Positions 28,605-38,645 of a stretch of DNA of 64,000 nucleotides are shown one piece after another; position 1 is the stretch's first letter; every line of letters begins with the position of its first letter. Made by a program: the position numbers and the translations under genes. Source of the stretch: Candidatus Taylorbacteria bacterium RIFCSPHIGHO2_12_FULL_45_16 (GTDB taxonomy: Bacteria; Patescibacteriota; Minisyncoccia; Phycocordibacterales; PALSA-1337); the NCBI GenBank assembly GCA_001821055.1, contig MHRT01000006.1:8572-72571 (forward strand), read 5' to 3'. The notes beneath the pieces are model-generated. The model was given only the letters and a program-made list of their open reading frames with translations. It ran no database searches and was not told where the DNA came from.

Positions 28605-28641
28605 TACTAGTTGCTAGTATACTGGTAACTAGTATACTAGT

Positions 28642-28800
28642 CTATTTCTTGGTCTCCTTAAAGACCACGTGCTTGCGCAGTTTGGCGCTGTATTTCTTGA
28701 GTTCAATCTTCTTTTCGACAGTCTTCTTGTTCTTGCGAGACCAATAAGTCTCGCCGGTTGATTTGTTTTTGAGCACGATAAGTTGTGTCTGTTTGGCCAT
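28642..28800 (-). CDS. rpmG: 50S ribosomal protein L33 (Cys-less form)
   Basis: Untracked 52-aa ORF MAKQTQLIVLKNKSTGETYWSRKNKKTVEKKIELKKYSAKLRKHVVFKETKK matches L33 (TTKNKR...LELKKY...HV.YKE.K). Confidence 0.8.
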   Translation of the reverse strand: MAKQTQLIVLKNKSTGETYWSRKNKKTVEKKIELKKYSAKLRKHVVFKETKK

Positions 28801-28920
28801 GTTATTGGTAAGATTGTGTCATCAAAGGATAAAAATAATGTCGCCGTACTATAGCATATAAAAATATAGGGCGCAACGAGGAAATCGTTGCGCCCACACA
28901 TTCATCACTGTTCTCTGCTG

Positions 28921-30036
28921 TCAGATCTCCGTTGTCGTAACTGGCGTAGCTGGGCTACTGCCTCCGCCTCCTCCAAAGCTTGGAGCTGTGTAGAAACGGT
29001 GGAAGTTGATCCATCCTCGATCAATTGGTTTGGAACCGTTTGGCAGAGCCGTCACCACTACCTTGCCAACGTTCATGTTCGCCGTGTTGACCCGAGTCTC
29101 CTTTCCCCAAGGATAAACGACACTGTTGTCTTTGAGTTCAAGAGCGACCATATCGCCTTGCTCGGTAACTTGATGCACATAGAATGTGACGTCGCCCCAG
29201 AGTGATAGCTCCAAGCCGCCAGCATCCACGTCCGTGAACATGACTTTTCCCGTCATGTTCGTCCCAGCAGTAGTGGGAACACTGCAATCAAACGAAATGC
29301 TCCCAAGGATGAACCATGCATCAGTGCGATCGCTGGGGAATTCAACCCCTACGACATTGCCAATGTATCTGATCGCAACGTAGCCTTCATCAGGTGTGAC
29401 CGGCTCCTTGAATGGCTCGAGTGTTCCTTGTCCCAATGGACTACCATCACTTCGTTTGCGGAGTATGTAGTGATACGAGCCGCCGACTGGCGAGAGGTAT
29501 ACGGCAAAATTGCCGTTTTCGTCACTGCCATAACCGTATCCGTAGGGGAATCCTTCGATATCAAGTTCGACATCATTCGGATCAGTCCCCAGCGGTAACG
29601 GCAACACAGTCTTGATGTCGCCAGGCCGCAGGATGACCTCTATGCGATCACCTTTGATGACGTTCCGCAAGTAAGTGTACCCGTAACCGGCATATGCGCC
29701 TTTTGAGGAACGCGCATCCACATTCAGATTGACATCCTTCATGCGGCCCCCATTCCCCATGGGAATACCGAAGATGGGCTTCGGTAACGGGATGTTCACG
29801 TCGTTGATGACGAGATTGGTGATGGCAAAGTCTGACTTGCGCACCACAAACCGCATCCAGGTATCCTGCCACAGATCATTGACCAACGACTTGGCATTGA
29901 GGTTGCATTCGAATGACGTTGGTGGCTTCATGACGAATCCACGGGCCACATTCAACGGGTTGACGGCATCGTCCTGAGCCTGCACACACATGCAGAAGGC
30001 GATGAGTGAAAAGAAACCTGCGATTAGTTTTTTCAT
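28921..30036 (-). CDS. Hypothetical secreted protein (371 aa, signal peptide, Gly/Tyr-rich beta-type domain)
   Basis: MKKLIAGFFSLIAFCMCVQAQ signal peptide; no recognisable family; C-terminal GGGGG-S/T tail. Confidence 0.5.
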   Translation of the reverse strand: MKKLIAGFFSLIAFCMCVQAQDDAVNPLNVARGFVMKPPTSFECNLNAKSLVNDLWQDTWMRFVVRKSDFAITNLVINDVNIPLPKPIFGIPMGNGGRMKDVNLNVDARSSKGAYAGYGYTYLRNVIKGDRIEVILRPGDIKTVLPLPLGTDPNDVELDIEGFPYGYGYGSDENGNFAVYLSPVGGSYHYILRKRSDGSPLGQGTLEPFKEPVTPDEGYVAIRYIGNVVGVEFPSDRTDAWFILGSISFDCSVPTTAGTNMTGKVMFTDVDAGGLELSLWGDVTFYVHQVTEQGDMVALELKDNSVVYPWGKETRVNTANMNVGKVVVTALPNGSKPIDRGWINFHRFYTAPSFGGGGGSSPATPVTTTEI

Positions 30037-30069
30037 TTATGCTTGAGTTTTGCTGTTGAGTTGACCGAA

Positions 30070-30303
30070 TTACTTGACCGAGACCGTAACCGTGTTTGAG
30101 AGACTGAAACCGAGAGCATTGAGTGCTTCCTCGGTTACATCCTGCGCATTTGTTGTTTCCGGCACCACACCCCAGCCATTTTCGGACTGGTTTTGGCTTT
30201 CCGATGTCGGTTCCACGGCTTCTTGCCGAGGTGGAACCTTGAGGCCCACCAGCAGAAGCCCACCAGCAACCGCAACGCAGAATCTGAGTTTCTTATTCTT
30301 CAT
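30070..30303 (-). CDS. Hypothetical small secreted protein
   Basis: Probable start MKNKKLRFCVAVAGGLLLVGL (signal peptide); acidic mature part; directly upstream of secreted protein gene. Confidence 0.4.
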   Translation of the reverse strand: MKNKKLRFCVAVAGGLLLVGLKVPPRQEAVEPTSESQNQSENGWGVVPETTNAQDVTEEALNALGFSLSNTVTVSVK

Positions 30304-30544
30304 TTGTTTCTTTCCAACAGTCCTTCGACAATACGCATCGCCCCGCTCCACAACAGGTGGAAAGGCTTGATTTGTCTATCTTTCTGACAATATGTGATTG
30401 CCAAAGGACTGAAAACGGGACCAGTAAGTCCCATGTAATTCGCCCCCAAATATAGCACAAGCGGTGTAGCTTGTCAATAGGGTATATGAATTTGAAGCAG
30501 AGTACAATAGAGACATACCGAGGTTCCACCTCGGTGCAATATCC

Positions 30545-31753
30545 ATGCGCAGACTCCTCACTCGCCTATCTCGTCTAAGATTTCCCTATGAACCGCTCAT
30601 TACGGTCAAGATTTCGCGTGGGCGGCTGATACATAATCTTCGCGAATTCATGAAGACCGCGCCAAAAGGAACGATTGCGCCCGTGCTAAAAAGTAACGCC
30701 TACGGGCACGGCTTGATTGAAGTAGCACGCATAATTGAAGCAGAAAGACGAAATCATCTGGGCCGGAGAAGTAAGGAAAAAGACCGTATTCCCTTTCTGG
30801 TTGTTGATTCCTTTTTTGAAGCGGTGGCCTTACGAGCCGCGCGAATAAAATCTCCTTTACTCATCATCGGGTACACGCGACCGGAAACAATTGCTCGATC
30901 ACGACTGCGCGATGTCTCGTTCATCATTACTTCGATCGAGACCTTGAAGCATATCGCCGAGTATCAGTATTCATTTTTGGATTTCGGTGGCCGGCGCATC
31001 TTCATTCACCTCAAAATAGACACGGGCATGCACCGCCAAGGCATACTGCCAAGCGAGCTCAATCAAATTTCCAATATTTTGGAGATGAACCCCTCTATCG
31101 CCCTCAAAGGAATATGCTCCCATTTTTCTGACGCCGACAATGCTGACCCTTCATCAACCGAATCACAGACGCATGTCTGGAATAAGATCGTACGGGAAAT
31201 GAGCCAACAATACACCTCAATCGAATACATCCACATCAGCAATACCGATGGGCATCGATATGTATCGGAAAGTCATGCCAACCTCTCGCGTCTCGGACTT
31301 GGTCTTTATGGTCTCGTGGACGGCAATTCATTTTCTCCGACGCTGGACATCAAACCAGTCATGAGTATGGAGACTATCATCACGGGAATCAAGAAAATCC
31401 AGCGTGACGACACGGTCGGCTACGGCAATACCTTCAAAGCTGAAAAAGAAATGCTCATCGCCACCATTCCCGTCGGGTATTTTGAAGGAATTGACCGCCG
31501 ACTTTCAAACTGCGGGAGTGTCTTGGTTGGTACCGAACACATACCTTGCCCCATCATCGGACGCGTCAGTATGAATATAACGACAATTGATGTCAGTCAC
31601 ATGCCTGAAGTGAAAATGGGCGCGCCGGTCACCGTCATCAGCAATACAGCAGTTGATCAAAATTCCATCATGAATATGGCGAAAATCGCACGGACTATTC
31701 CCTATGAAATCGCGGTACATGTGCCGGAGCAGTTGAAAAGAGTCGTGATATAA
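30545..31753 (+). CDS. alr: Alanine racemase
   Basis: PLP-lysine motif APVLKSNAYGHG, C-terminal beta domain with catalytic Tyr region. Confidence 0.85.
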   Translation: MRRLLTRLSRLRFPYEPLITVKISRGRLIHNLREFMKTAPKGTIAPVLKSNAYGHGLIEVARIIEAERRNHLGRRSKEKDRIPFLVVDSFFEAVALRAARIKSPLLIIGYTRPETIARSRLRDVSFIITSIETLKHIAEYQYSFLDFGGRRIFIHLKIDTGMHRQGILPSELNQISNILEMNPSIALKGICSHFSDADNADPSSTESQTHVWNKIVREMSQQYTSIEYIHISNTDGHRYVSESHANLSRLGLGLYGLVDGNSFSPTLDIKPVMSMETIITGIKKIQRDDTVGYGNTFKAEKEMLIATIPVGYFEGIDRRLSNCGSVLVGTEHIPCPIIGRVSMNITTIDVSHMPEVKMGAPVTVISNTAVDQNSIMNMAKIARTIPYEIAVHVPEQLKRVVI

Positions 31754-31790
31754 GGTATTTTATACGTGGAAAACAACCAGGAGGGTATAT

Positions 31791-32108
31791 ATGACCTTAT
31801 GGATATTGATTGTGTCTTTGATCTGCTTTGACATGCTGTATAGTCGGGCCAAAGTCGCGCAAGTGGCCAGATCTGCCGTGTACAGAAAAAACTGCCAAAA
31901 ATATTTCCGTGCCAGAAAAGAGCGCATGGAACATGAAGAACTGAATGGTGTCGACAACGCTATAGCTCATTTTCGGCTCCAAGAGCTAATCAGGATAGAA
32001 GTCGGGGCACTGGAATTTTTGCGGAATTATCATCCTCGGGAAAGCGCTTATTTGGAGATTGACCTACGAGCGCTTCTGCGACGGATGGATGACACCGTCA
32101 TTCACTAA
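31791..32108 (+). CDS. Hypothetical protein (105 aa)
   Basis: ORF followed by clean terminator at 32135-32166. Confidence 0.35.
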   Translation: MTLWILIVSLICFDMLYSRAKVAQVARSAVYRKNCQKYFRARKERMEHEELNGVDNAIAHFRLQELIRIEVGALEFLRNYHPRESAYLEIDLRALLRRMDDTVIH

Positions 32109-32134
32109 GAAATCCAATGAGAAGCGACTGAGCA

Positions 32135-32166
32135 AGACCGGAAAAAGCTCCGGTCTTTATTTATAG
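32135..32166 (+). terminator. Rho-independent terminator
   Basis: aagaccgg-aaaaagct-ccggtctt + tatttat. Confidence 0.6.
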
Positions 32167-32219
32167 TTAATTCAAAATAAAGCCAGACTTGTGTCTACTT
32201 TATGGGGTACAGATCACTG

Positions 32220-32303
32220 TGCGCAGGGAGGGATTTGAACCCCCGTAGCCCATAGGGCGATGGATTTACAGTCCATTGCAATTGACCGCTCTGCCACCTG
32301 CGC
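32220..32303 (-). tRNA. tRNA-Tyr (anticodon GTA)
   Basis: Reverse strand GCGCAGG acceptor, long variable arm, anticodon loop CUGUAAA, T-loop UUCAAAU. Confidence 0.8.
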
Positions 32304-32376
32304 GCATAAACACCAAAGAACCTCTTGGATTCTAGCGGTTTTTTCGATTTATCACAAGTCACTATGACAGGATAAT

Positions 32377-35148
32377 CTACTTTTGCCCCACCATCTTTGG
32401 CATCACAATAGGAATCTCCTCTTTATCGCGTCGAACGGGAGTCCGCGGCGATAATGGACTTTTCTTTTTTACTTCAAATCTAAACTCAACCGAAGCTTCT
32501 TGAGAGAAACCTTTTTCAATCGGTCTTACATCAACCTCTATAACACCCCCTTTTGTCACCTCCTGGCTGATAAGCAGATTGGCAACCGGCGTAAGAATTT
32601 TGTTCTGAATCAAACGCTTCAACGGACGGGCGCCATACTGCGGATTGTAGCCTTCTTTAGCAAGATAATCGAACACTAGAGTTGAAAGCGTCAGACCGAT
32701 ATGTTTGTCAGCCAAACGCTTGACTATCTGCTCGACCTGAATCTTCACAATCTCACGAATAGCTGCCGGTGAAAGAATATCAAATATGATCATATCATCA
32801 ACGCGGTTCAGAAATTCTGGGCGAAAATAATCTTTAAGCGAAGACATGATCTTGTTTTTGGCCTCTATATAATTTTCGCGGTCGCGGTTGCCGCTTTCGC
32901 GAGCAAAGCCGATTTTTTCCATGCGATCTATATGCTGAGCTCCGATATTGGAAGTCATGATAATCACTGTGTTGCGGAAATTTACCGTGCGACCTTTCGA
33001 ATCCGTCAGACGACCGTTATCCAAAACTTGCAAAAGCACATTGAAAACCTCCGGATGGGCTTTTTCAATCTCATCAAAAAGAATGACGGCATACGGGCGA
33101 TGGCGTACGGCTTCCGTGAGCCCACCCGCTTCGTCATACCCGACATATCCTGGAGGCGCGCCTATAAGTTTGGACACTGAATGCTTTTCCATGAATTCAG
33201 ACATGTCCACGCGGATTAGCGCCTTGTCGTCATTAAAGAGAAATTCCGCCAAAGCCTTGGTCAATTCGGTTTTGCCGACGCCGGTAGGACCTAGGAAAAT
33301 GAACGAACCAATTGGACGGTTCGGATCGGAAATACCGGCCCTAGAACGTCGGATAGTGTCGGAAATTTTGGTGACCGCTTCATTTTGACCGACGATTCGT
33401 TTTTTGAGTTCATCTTCCATGCGCGTAAGTTTTGCGGCTTCAGATTCCAGCATTCTTGAAACCGGAATGCCCGTCCAACGCGCGACCACGCCGGCGATAT
33501 CTTCGGCGTTGATTTCTTCTTTGAGAATGCGTCGGGATGATTGAAGCTTCTGAAGGCGCTTGGTTTTCTGTGCAAGATCTTTTTCGAGCGCGGGGATGGT
33601 GCCGTAACGGATTTCGGCCGCTTTGGACAAATCCGCCCTGGCTTCCACCATCTCAGCCTCAACACGCAATCCTTCAAGCTCTTTCTTGAGGCGTTTTATG
33701 TCACCAATAGTCTCTTTCTCATTTGTCCATTTGAGTTCCAGCTCAGAAGTTCCTTCCTTGAGATCGGCAATCTCTTTTTCTATTTTGGACATGCGACTTT
33801 TTGCTTCTTTGTTCGATTGTCCTCTAGAACCTTGGCGAAGAGAAATCTCTTTTTTCAAAGCCTCTCGTTCAATCTCAAAACGCATAATCTTTCTCCGAGT
33901 CTCTTCCAGCGCTGGCGGCATATTTTCCAAAGAAATACGTAACGAAGAGGCGGCCTCGTCAATAAGATCAACGACCTTGTCCGGCAAGAATCGGTCTGTA
34001 ATATAACGGCTCGCCAATGTCACCGCCGCCACAATAGCGTCATCGGTAATGCGCACGCCGTGGAAGAGTTCATATTTTTCTTTTAGGCCGCGCAAAATAG
34101 CGATGGCGTCTTCGGTCGATGGTTCATTGACGAAGACCGGTTGGAAACGGCGAGTCAGCGCCGGATCTCTCTCTATGTATTTTTGATATTCCTTGAGCGT
34201 GGTAGCTCCGATGGCGCGAAGTTCACCGCGAGCCAAGGCCGGTTTCAACATGTTGGAGGCGTCCATGGAACCTTCGGACGCGCCAGCACCGACCAGTGTG
34301 TGCATCTCGTCAATAAAAAGAATAACTTTGCCGTCGGCCTTCTCGACTTCCCTTAGAATATTTTTGAGACGCTCTTCAAATTCACCGCGATATTTTGTGC
34401 CGGCGATGAGCGAACCTAGGTCAAGCGAAACGAGTTCTTTGTCTTTGAGGGATTCTGGAATATCCCCCTGGGCCATGCGAATGGCTAGGCCTTCGGCAAT
34501 GGCAGTCTTGCCGACGCCGGCTTCACCGATCAAAATCGGGTTATTCTTGGTGCGACGCGAGAGAATCTGGATAATGCGCATAATCTCGCTGTCACGACCA
34601 ATGACCGGATCAAGTTTGTTTTCCTTGGCAAGTTTGGTGAGCGAACGGGCGTATTTGTACAGCGTACGAAATTTCTTTGGTTCAGCGTCTTTCGTCTGAG
34701 GATTCTTTTTGAGTTCTTCGACGATCTTCACCACTGCTTCGCGATCAATTTTGAAACGGCTGAGAATGTCACGAGCGATACAAGGTATGTCAAAAATGGA
34801 CAAAAACACATGTTCCGTGGAGATGAATTCATCCTTCATGGATGTAGCCACGCGCACGGAATTGTCGAGAATCTGCGCCAAATCCGGAGTGAGATAGATT
34901 TGGTACGACGGAGACAAAACGTTGGAACCTTCGGGGGCTTCGATATGTTCCAGAACGATATCCGACAACATCGGTGTATCTATTTCCATTTTGTCGAGAA
35001 TGGAGGTGACCATGCTTTCTTCCTGGAGAATCAGGGCGCAAAGAAGATGCACGGGATTGACGTGATTTTGGCCTCGTTCTATGGCGAGTTCATGGGCTCT
35101 GCGCAAGGCTTCCCTGGCTTTTGTGGTGAGTTTGCTAAGTGGAGGCAT
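32377..35148 (-). CDS. clpB: ATP-dependent chaperone ClpB
   Basis: Clp N-domain, two AAA modules ([15 protein letters not shown]; [15 protein letters not shown]), long coiled-coil M-domain between them, C-terminal extension. Confidence 0.9.
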   Translation of the reverse strand: MPPLSKLTTKAREALRRAHELAIERGQNHVNPVHLLCALILQEESMVTSILDKMEIDTPMLSDIVLEHIEAPEGSNVLSPSYQIYLTPDLAQILDNSVRVATSMKDEFISTEHVFLSIFDIPCIARDILSRFKIDREAVVKIVEELKKNPQTKDAEPKKFRTLYKYARSLTKLAKENKLDPVIGRDSEIMRIIQILSRRTKNNPILIGEAGVGKTAIAEGLAIRMAQGDIPESLKDKELVSLDLGSLIAGTKYRGEFEERLKNILREVEKADGKVILFIDEMHTLVGAGASEGSMDASNMLKPALARGELRAIGATTLKEYQKYIERDPALTRRFQPVFVNEPSTEDAIAILRGLKEKYELFHGVRITDDAIVAAVTLASRYITDRFLPDKVVDLIDEAASSLRISLENMPPALEETRRKIMRFEIEREALKKEISLRQGSRGQSNKEAKSRMSKIEKEIADLKEGTSELELKWTNEKETIGDIKRLKKELEGLRVEAEMVEARADLSKAAEIRYGTIPALEKDLAQKTKRLQKLQSSRRILKEEINAEDIAGVVARWTGIPVSRMLESEAAKLTRMEDELKKRIVGQNEAVTKISDTIRRSRAGISDPNRPIGSFIFLGPTGVGKTELTKALAEFLFNDDKALIRVDMSEFMEKHSVSKLIGAPPGYVGYDEAGGLTEAVRHRPYAVILFDEIEKAHPEVFNVLLQVLDNGRLTDSKGRTVNFRNTVIIMTSNIGAQHIDRMEKIGFARESGNRDRENYIEAKNKIMSSLKDYFRPEFLNRVDDMIIFDILSPAAIREIVKIQVEQIVKRLADKHIGLTLSTLVFDYLAKEGYNPQYGARPLKRLIQNKILTPVANLLISQEVTKGGVIEVDVRPIEKGFSQEASVEFRFEVKKKSPLSPRTPVRRDKEEIPIVMPKMVGQK

Positions 35149-35253
35149 GAGGATATAGTACTATAAAAATGGGTAATGAGTCAATTATGTGCATACGAAT
35201 CCAATCCAAAAAATATTCACAAAAATCACGTCTGTTTTGGAGTTAATAGAGTG

Positions 35254-37521
35254 TTACTTCGCCACCCTGACCGCATCTTCAAATTGGATTGAAAGTAACT
35301 TAGAAGCCCCATCCGAACCCATAGTCACACCGTAAAGAATTCCTGCGCGCGACATGGTTTCGCGATTGTGTGTTATTAGGATCAATTGTGAATGTTTGGA
35401 AAGGCTTTCAATCATATCGCCGTATTTTTTGGAATTCGCTTCATCCAAGGCCGCGTCAGTTTCATCAAGAATAATGAAAGGCGGCGGATTGACTTGAGAG
35501 ACTGCAAACAAAAGTGCTATGGAAGTCAACGCGCGTTCGCCGCCGGAAAGCATCATCAGGCCTCTGACTTTTTTGCGCGGCAAGCTGACATTGACCTCCA
35601 GGCCTTCTGGACCTTCTTCGACAGAATCTTCAGGGAGGTCCGACCTTAACGCCTCGCCTAGATCTTCCATGTCACTCTTCCGGCGATGCCTCATTTCCTT
35701 GACCACAGACAATTCTGCTTTTCCACCGCCAAACATCAAAGAGAAGAAATTTTGAAACTCGGTATTTATCTTCAAAATCCCAGTCTTGAATTCAATGTCA
35801 ATCCGCACATCAAGCTCGGCGATAAGCGCCAGCAATTCTTTCTTGGCTTTTTCTAGATCTTCAAGCTCGCGCGCCAAAAAAGTATCACGCTCTTCCGTCT
35901 CCCGATACTCATTTATGACTTCCGTGCCGCCGATCGCACCCGAATCTTCCAGCCGAATTTTAATTTTCTCAATCTGTCTGCGACGATCCGCCTGCAATTT
36001 TCTGGCGTTTTCCGAGGCCGAATCTTCGTGAGGTCCGACCTCCGAAAATGTCACGGCCTCCCTACCGGCTATTATTCCAGCTTCCCCAAGTTCGCGCTTA
36101 AATGCTTCTTCATCATGGACGATTGAATTCAAGGCGGTGTCTAGATTGCTGACCACGTTTCTGACCTCATTTTGCCTGGCGATAATTCGAAAGACGTCCT
36201 TTTCCGCGTCGCGGTTGGTATCTTTTTCTTTCTCAATCATTTGTTTCAATTCGGCATATCCATGAACATATTTAGACTCGATTTCGGATAATGAGAAAAG
36301 TTTAGACTCCAAAGAATCGCGTTCCTTTGATAATTTTTTGACCTCCTGGTCCATATCGCCAATCAGAGCCGAACCAGTATTGGATCTGTGGCTGGCGATG
36401 AATCTTTTCAAAACCGAAATCACTTCACCAAATAATTTTTTGGCATCCTCAATAACCCCGAACGATTCAACCGTCCGCAGAACTTCTTCAACATCCCTCA
36501 AGTAAACTGTCCGTGATTCCTCATTTTTCAGACGCGACTCTTCTTTTTCGATGGCTCTTTTATTGGCTGAAATTTCACCTTCAATACGCCCAAGCTCGCG
36601 ACCGATGGTATCCTTGTCGGCGCGCGTCTCGGCCAGTTTTCCCTCAAGCACGATTACCTCATCGCTCTTCTTATCTTTATTTTTTGAATCAGTCAATATC
36701 TTTTTGGCTCGCTCCAATTCCTTGTCCAGCTCCGCCAGCTCTTTCTTCGGTTCAAAAATTTCCCGAGTCATCCTCTCCTTTTCCGTGCGTATGTAAATAT
36801 CCTCGTGAGTGAAATAATCTTTGTAGAGCACCACAAGTTCCAGACGCATCTCTTCAGTCTTTTCCACTTTCTCCACCTGTTTCTTCAAGAATTTCAGGTG
36901 TGGAGCTATTTCCCGGCGTAGCGACGCAACACGTTCCATGTTTTCTTCGGTTCTCTCCAGTTTGCGGATGCTTTCCAGTTTTTTCCATTGAAAAATCTTA
37001 AGACCCAAGGCGTCTTCGATCATTTCTCTTCGTTCACGGATCGAGGCCGAAAGAATCCTATCAGCCTCCCCTTGTGAAATAATTTGGTGTCCGGTCGCCC
37101 CGATATGCGCGCCAGCCAACATTTCAATGACATCCTTCAGACGCACCTGACTGCCATTCAATAAATATTCATTGTTGTTGTCGCGATGGACCACGCGTTC
37201 AATATTCACTTCGTCAAAATCAATTCCAGTAAAAAGTTTCCGTGAATTATCAAATGTCAGCTTGACGCTGGCTCGATTTGCTCGGCCTGTCCCGGTTCCG
37301 ACTGATCCGTCTCCTCCGCCATTCCAGATCATGTCCTCGCCGCGCTTGCCGCGTAGAGACTTGATGGATTGTTCGCCCAGCACGAAACGGAAGGCTTCGG
37401 CGATATTGGATTTGCCCGAACCATTCGGTCCGACAACACCAGTGATTGGTGTGGTGAAGCTCAAAGAAGACTTCTTGGCAAAGGATTTAAAACCCGAGAG
37501 TTCGAGAGACTTCAGATACAT
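35254..37521 (-). CDS. smc: SMC-family chromosome segregation ATPase, short hinge-less form (755 aa)
   Basis: N-terminal MYLKSLELSGFKSFA...GPNGSGKSNI and C-terminal LSGGERALTSIALLFAVSQ...FIILDETDAALD are SMC head halves; only ~380 aa of coiled coil, no hinge-like segment; rnc-smc synteny. Confidence 0.75.
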   Translation of the reverse strand: MYLKSLELSGFKSFAKKSSLSFTTPITGVVGPNGSGKSNIAEAFRFVLGEQSIKSLRGKRGEDMIWNGGGDGSVGTGTGRANRASVKLTFDNSRKLFTGIDFDEVNIERVVHRDNNNEYLLNGSQVRLKDVIEMLAGAHIGATGHQIISQGEADRILSASIRERREMIEDALGLKIFQWKKLESIRKLERTEENMERVASLRREIAPHLKFLKKQVEKVEKTEEMRLELVVLYKDYFTHEDIYIRTEKERMTREIFEPKKELAELDKELERAKKILTDSKNKDKKSDEVIVLEGKLAETRADKDTIGRELGRIEGEISANKRAIEKEESRLKNEESRTVYLRDVEEVLRTVESFGVIEDAKKLFGEVISVLKRFIASHRSNTGSALIGDMDQEVKKLSKERDSLESKLFSLSEIESKYVHGYAELKQMIEKEKDTNRDAEKDVFRIIARQNEVRNVVSNLDTALNSIVHDEEAFKRELGEAGIIAGREAVTFSEVGPHEDSASENARKLQADRRRQIEKIKIRLEDSGAIGGTEVINEYRETEERDTFLARELEDLEKAKKELLALIAELDVRIDIEFKTGILKINTEFQNFFSLMFGGGKAELSVVKEMRHRRKSDMEDLGEALRSDLPEDSVEEGPEGLEVNVSLPRKKVRGLMMLSGGERALTSIALLFAVSQVNPPPFIILDETDAALDEANSKKYGDMIESLSKHSQLILITHNRETMSRAGILYGVTMGSDGASKLLSIQFEDAVRVAK

Positions 37522-37853
37522 GGCGGTAAATATACCTTATATTATAGCGTATTTTTAGATAAAAAAATGCCCCAAGATGGCGGCATGAGACTCTAGACCA
37601 AGTGTAGTTTTGCTTCTGCAATCAGCGACCGCGAAAAAACCTCGGTGCAGGACGGATATTCAGGAATCTTCCTGAACCATGGCGAATAAATCCCCAACCA
37701 AGCAGTGCTAGCGAATAGTTAGCGGCAGACTGAATCTCCTGTACCATTTGCTTGATCCGAGCTTTTTCATCACGTTCCGACTTCGAAAGAACAGATCTCT
37801 TCATAAAAAACCTTTGGTTGAATTCACCACAATCGTACCAAATTCATAAAAAA

Positions 37854-38561
37854 TCACCACCCCTTGGCCTCCAGCGCCTTCTCGGCCGCCTGCTGTTCAG
37901 CCTCTTGCTTGGACTGGCCTGTACCGGAAGCAATATGAACATCTTTGAGGAAAACACCCAGTGTGAATTTTTTGTCGTGATCAGGCCCGATTTCCTTGAG
38001 AGTCTTGTACGAAGGGGTTATGCTTTCTTTTTCCTGGGCAACTTCCTGAAAACGACTCTTGGCATCAATCCAGAGTTTCTTTTTTATAATCTCTTCAATA
38101 TCAATAACTTGGAGCACCTGTTCGGAAATGAAGTTGGCGGCGGCATTATAACCCTGATCCATGTAGATCGCTCCGATGATCGCCTCAACGGCATTGGCCA
38201 AGATAATGGCGCGCGCGCGACCGGTATCTTTGGCTTCTCCTTTTGACAACAAGATGAATTCATTCAAGCCCACATGCTCGGCCACTTTGATCAAACTCAT
38301 AGTATTGACGATTGCTGAACGATAAGCCGTCAGCTCCCCTTCCTGTTTCTCTGGATATTTACGAAACAAATAACTTGTGACCACCAATTCCAAAACCGCG
38401 TCTCCCAGAAATTCGAGGCGCTCATTGTGCTCCATGCCCGAAACTTTGTTTTCATTCAAATAGGAACGATGGGTGCAGGCAGTTCGAAGTAGAGTGATGT
38501 CGCGGAATTCGATGCCGATCTTAGTTGCTAATTTCTCGATGATGTTTTTCATACTTGACAA
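37854..38561 (-). CDS. rnc: Ribonuclease III
   Basis: ERLEFLGDAVLELVV catalytic signature, C-terminal dsRBD. Confidence 0.9.
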   Translation of the reverse strand: MSSMKNIIEKLATKIGIEFRDITLLRTACTHRSYLNENKVSGMEHNERLEFLGDAVLELVVTSYLFRKYPEKQEGELTAYRSAIVNTMSLIKVAEHVGLNEFILLSKGEAKDTGRARAIILANAVEAIIGAIYMDQGYNAAANFISEQVLQVIDIEEIIKKKLWIDAKSRFQEVAQEKESITPSYKTLKEIGPDHDKKFTLGVFLKDVHIASGTGQSKQEAEQQAAEKALEAKGW

Positions 38562-38645
38562 ATGATTTGGATATTATTACAGCTATTAACGAAAGGACAA
38601 CTATGTAACCGTCAATTGCCAGGCACAGACTGCTGGGCTTTTTAT

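Noticed and set aside
28629-28901. 90-aa minus-strand ORF
   Set aside because: Alternative frame over rpmG (L33), whose translation is clearly recognisable in another frame.
34193-35166. Several + strand ORFs of 118-168 aa
   Set aside because: Antisense to clpB; low-complexity Ser/Arg-rich products.
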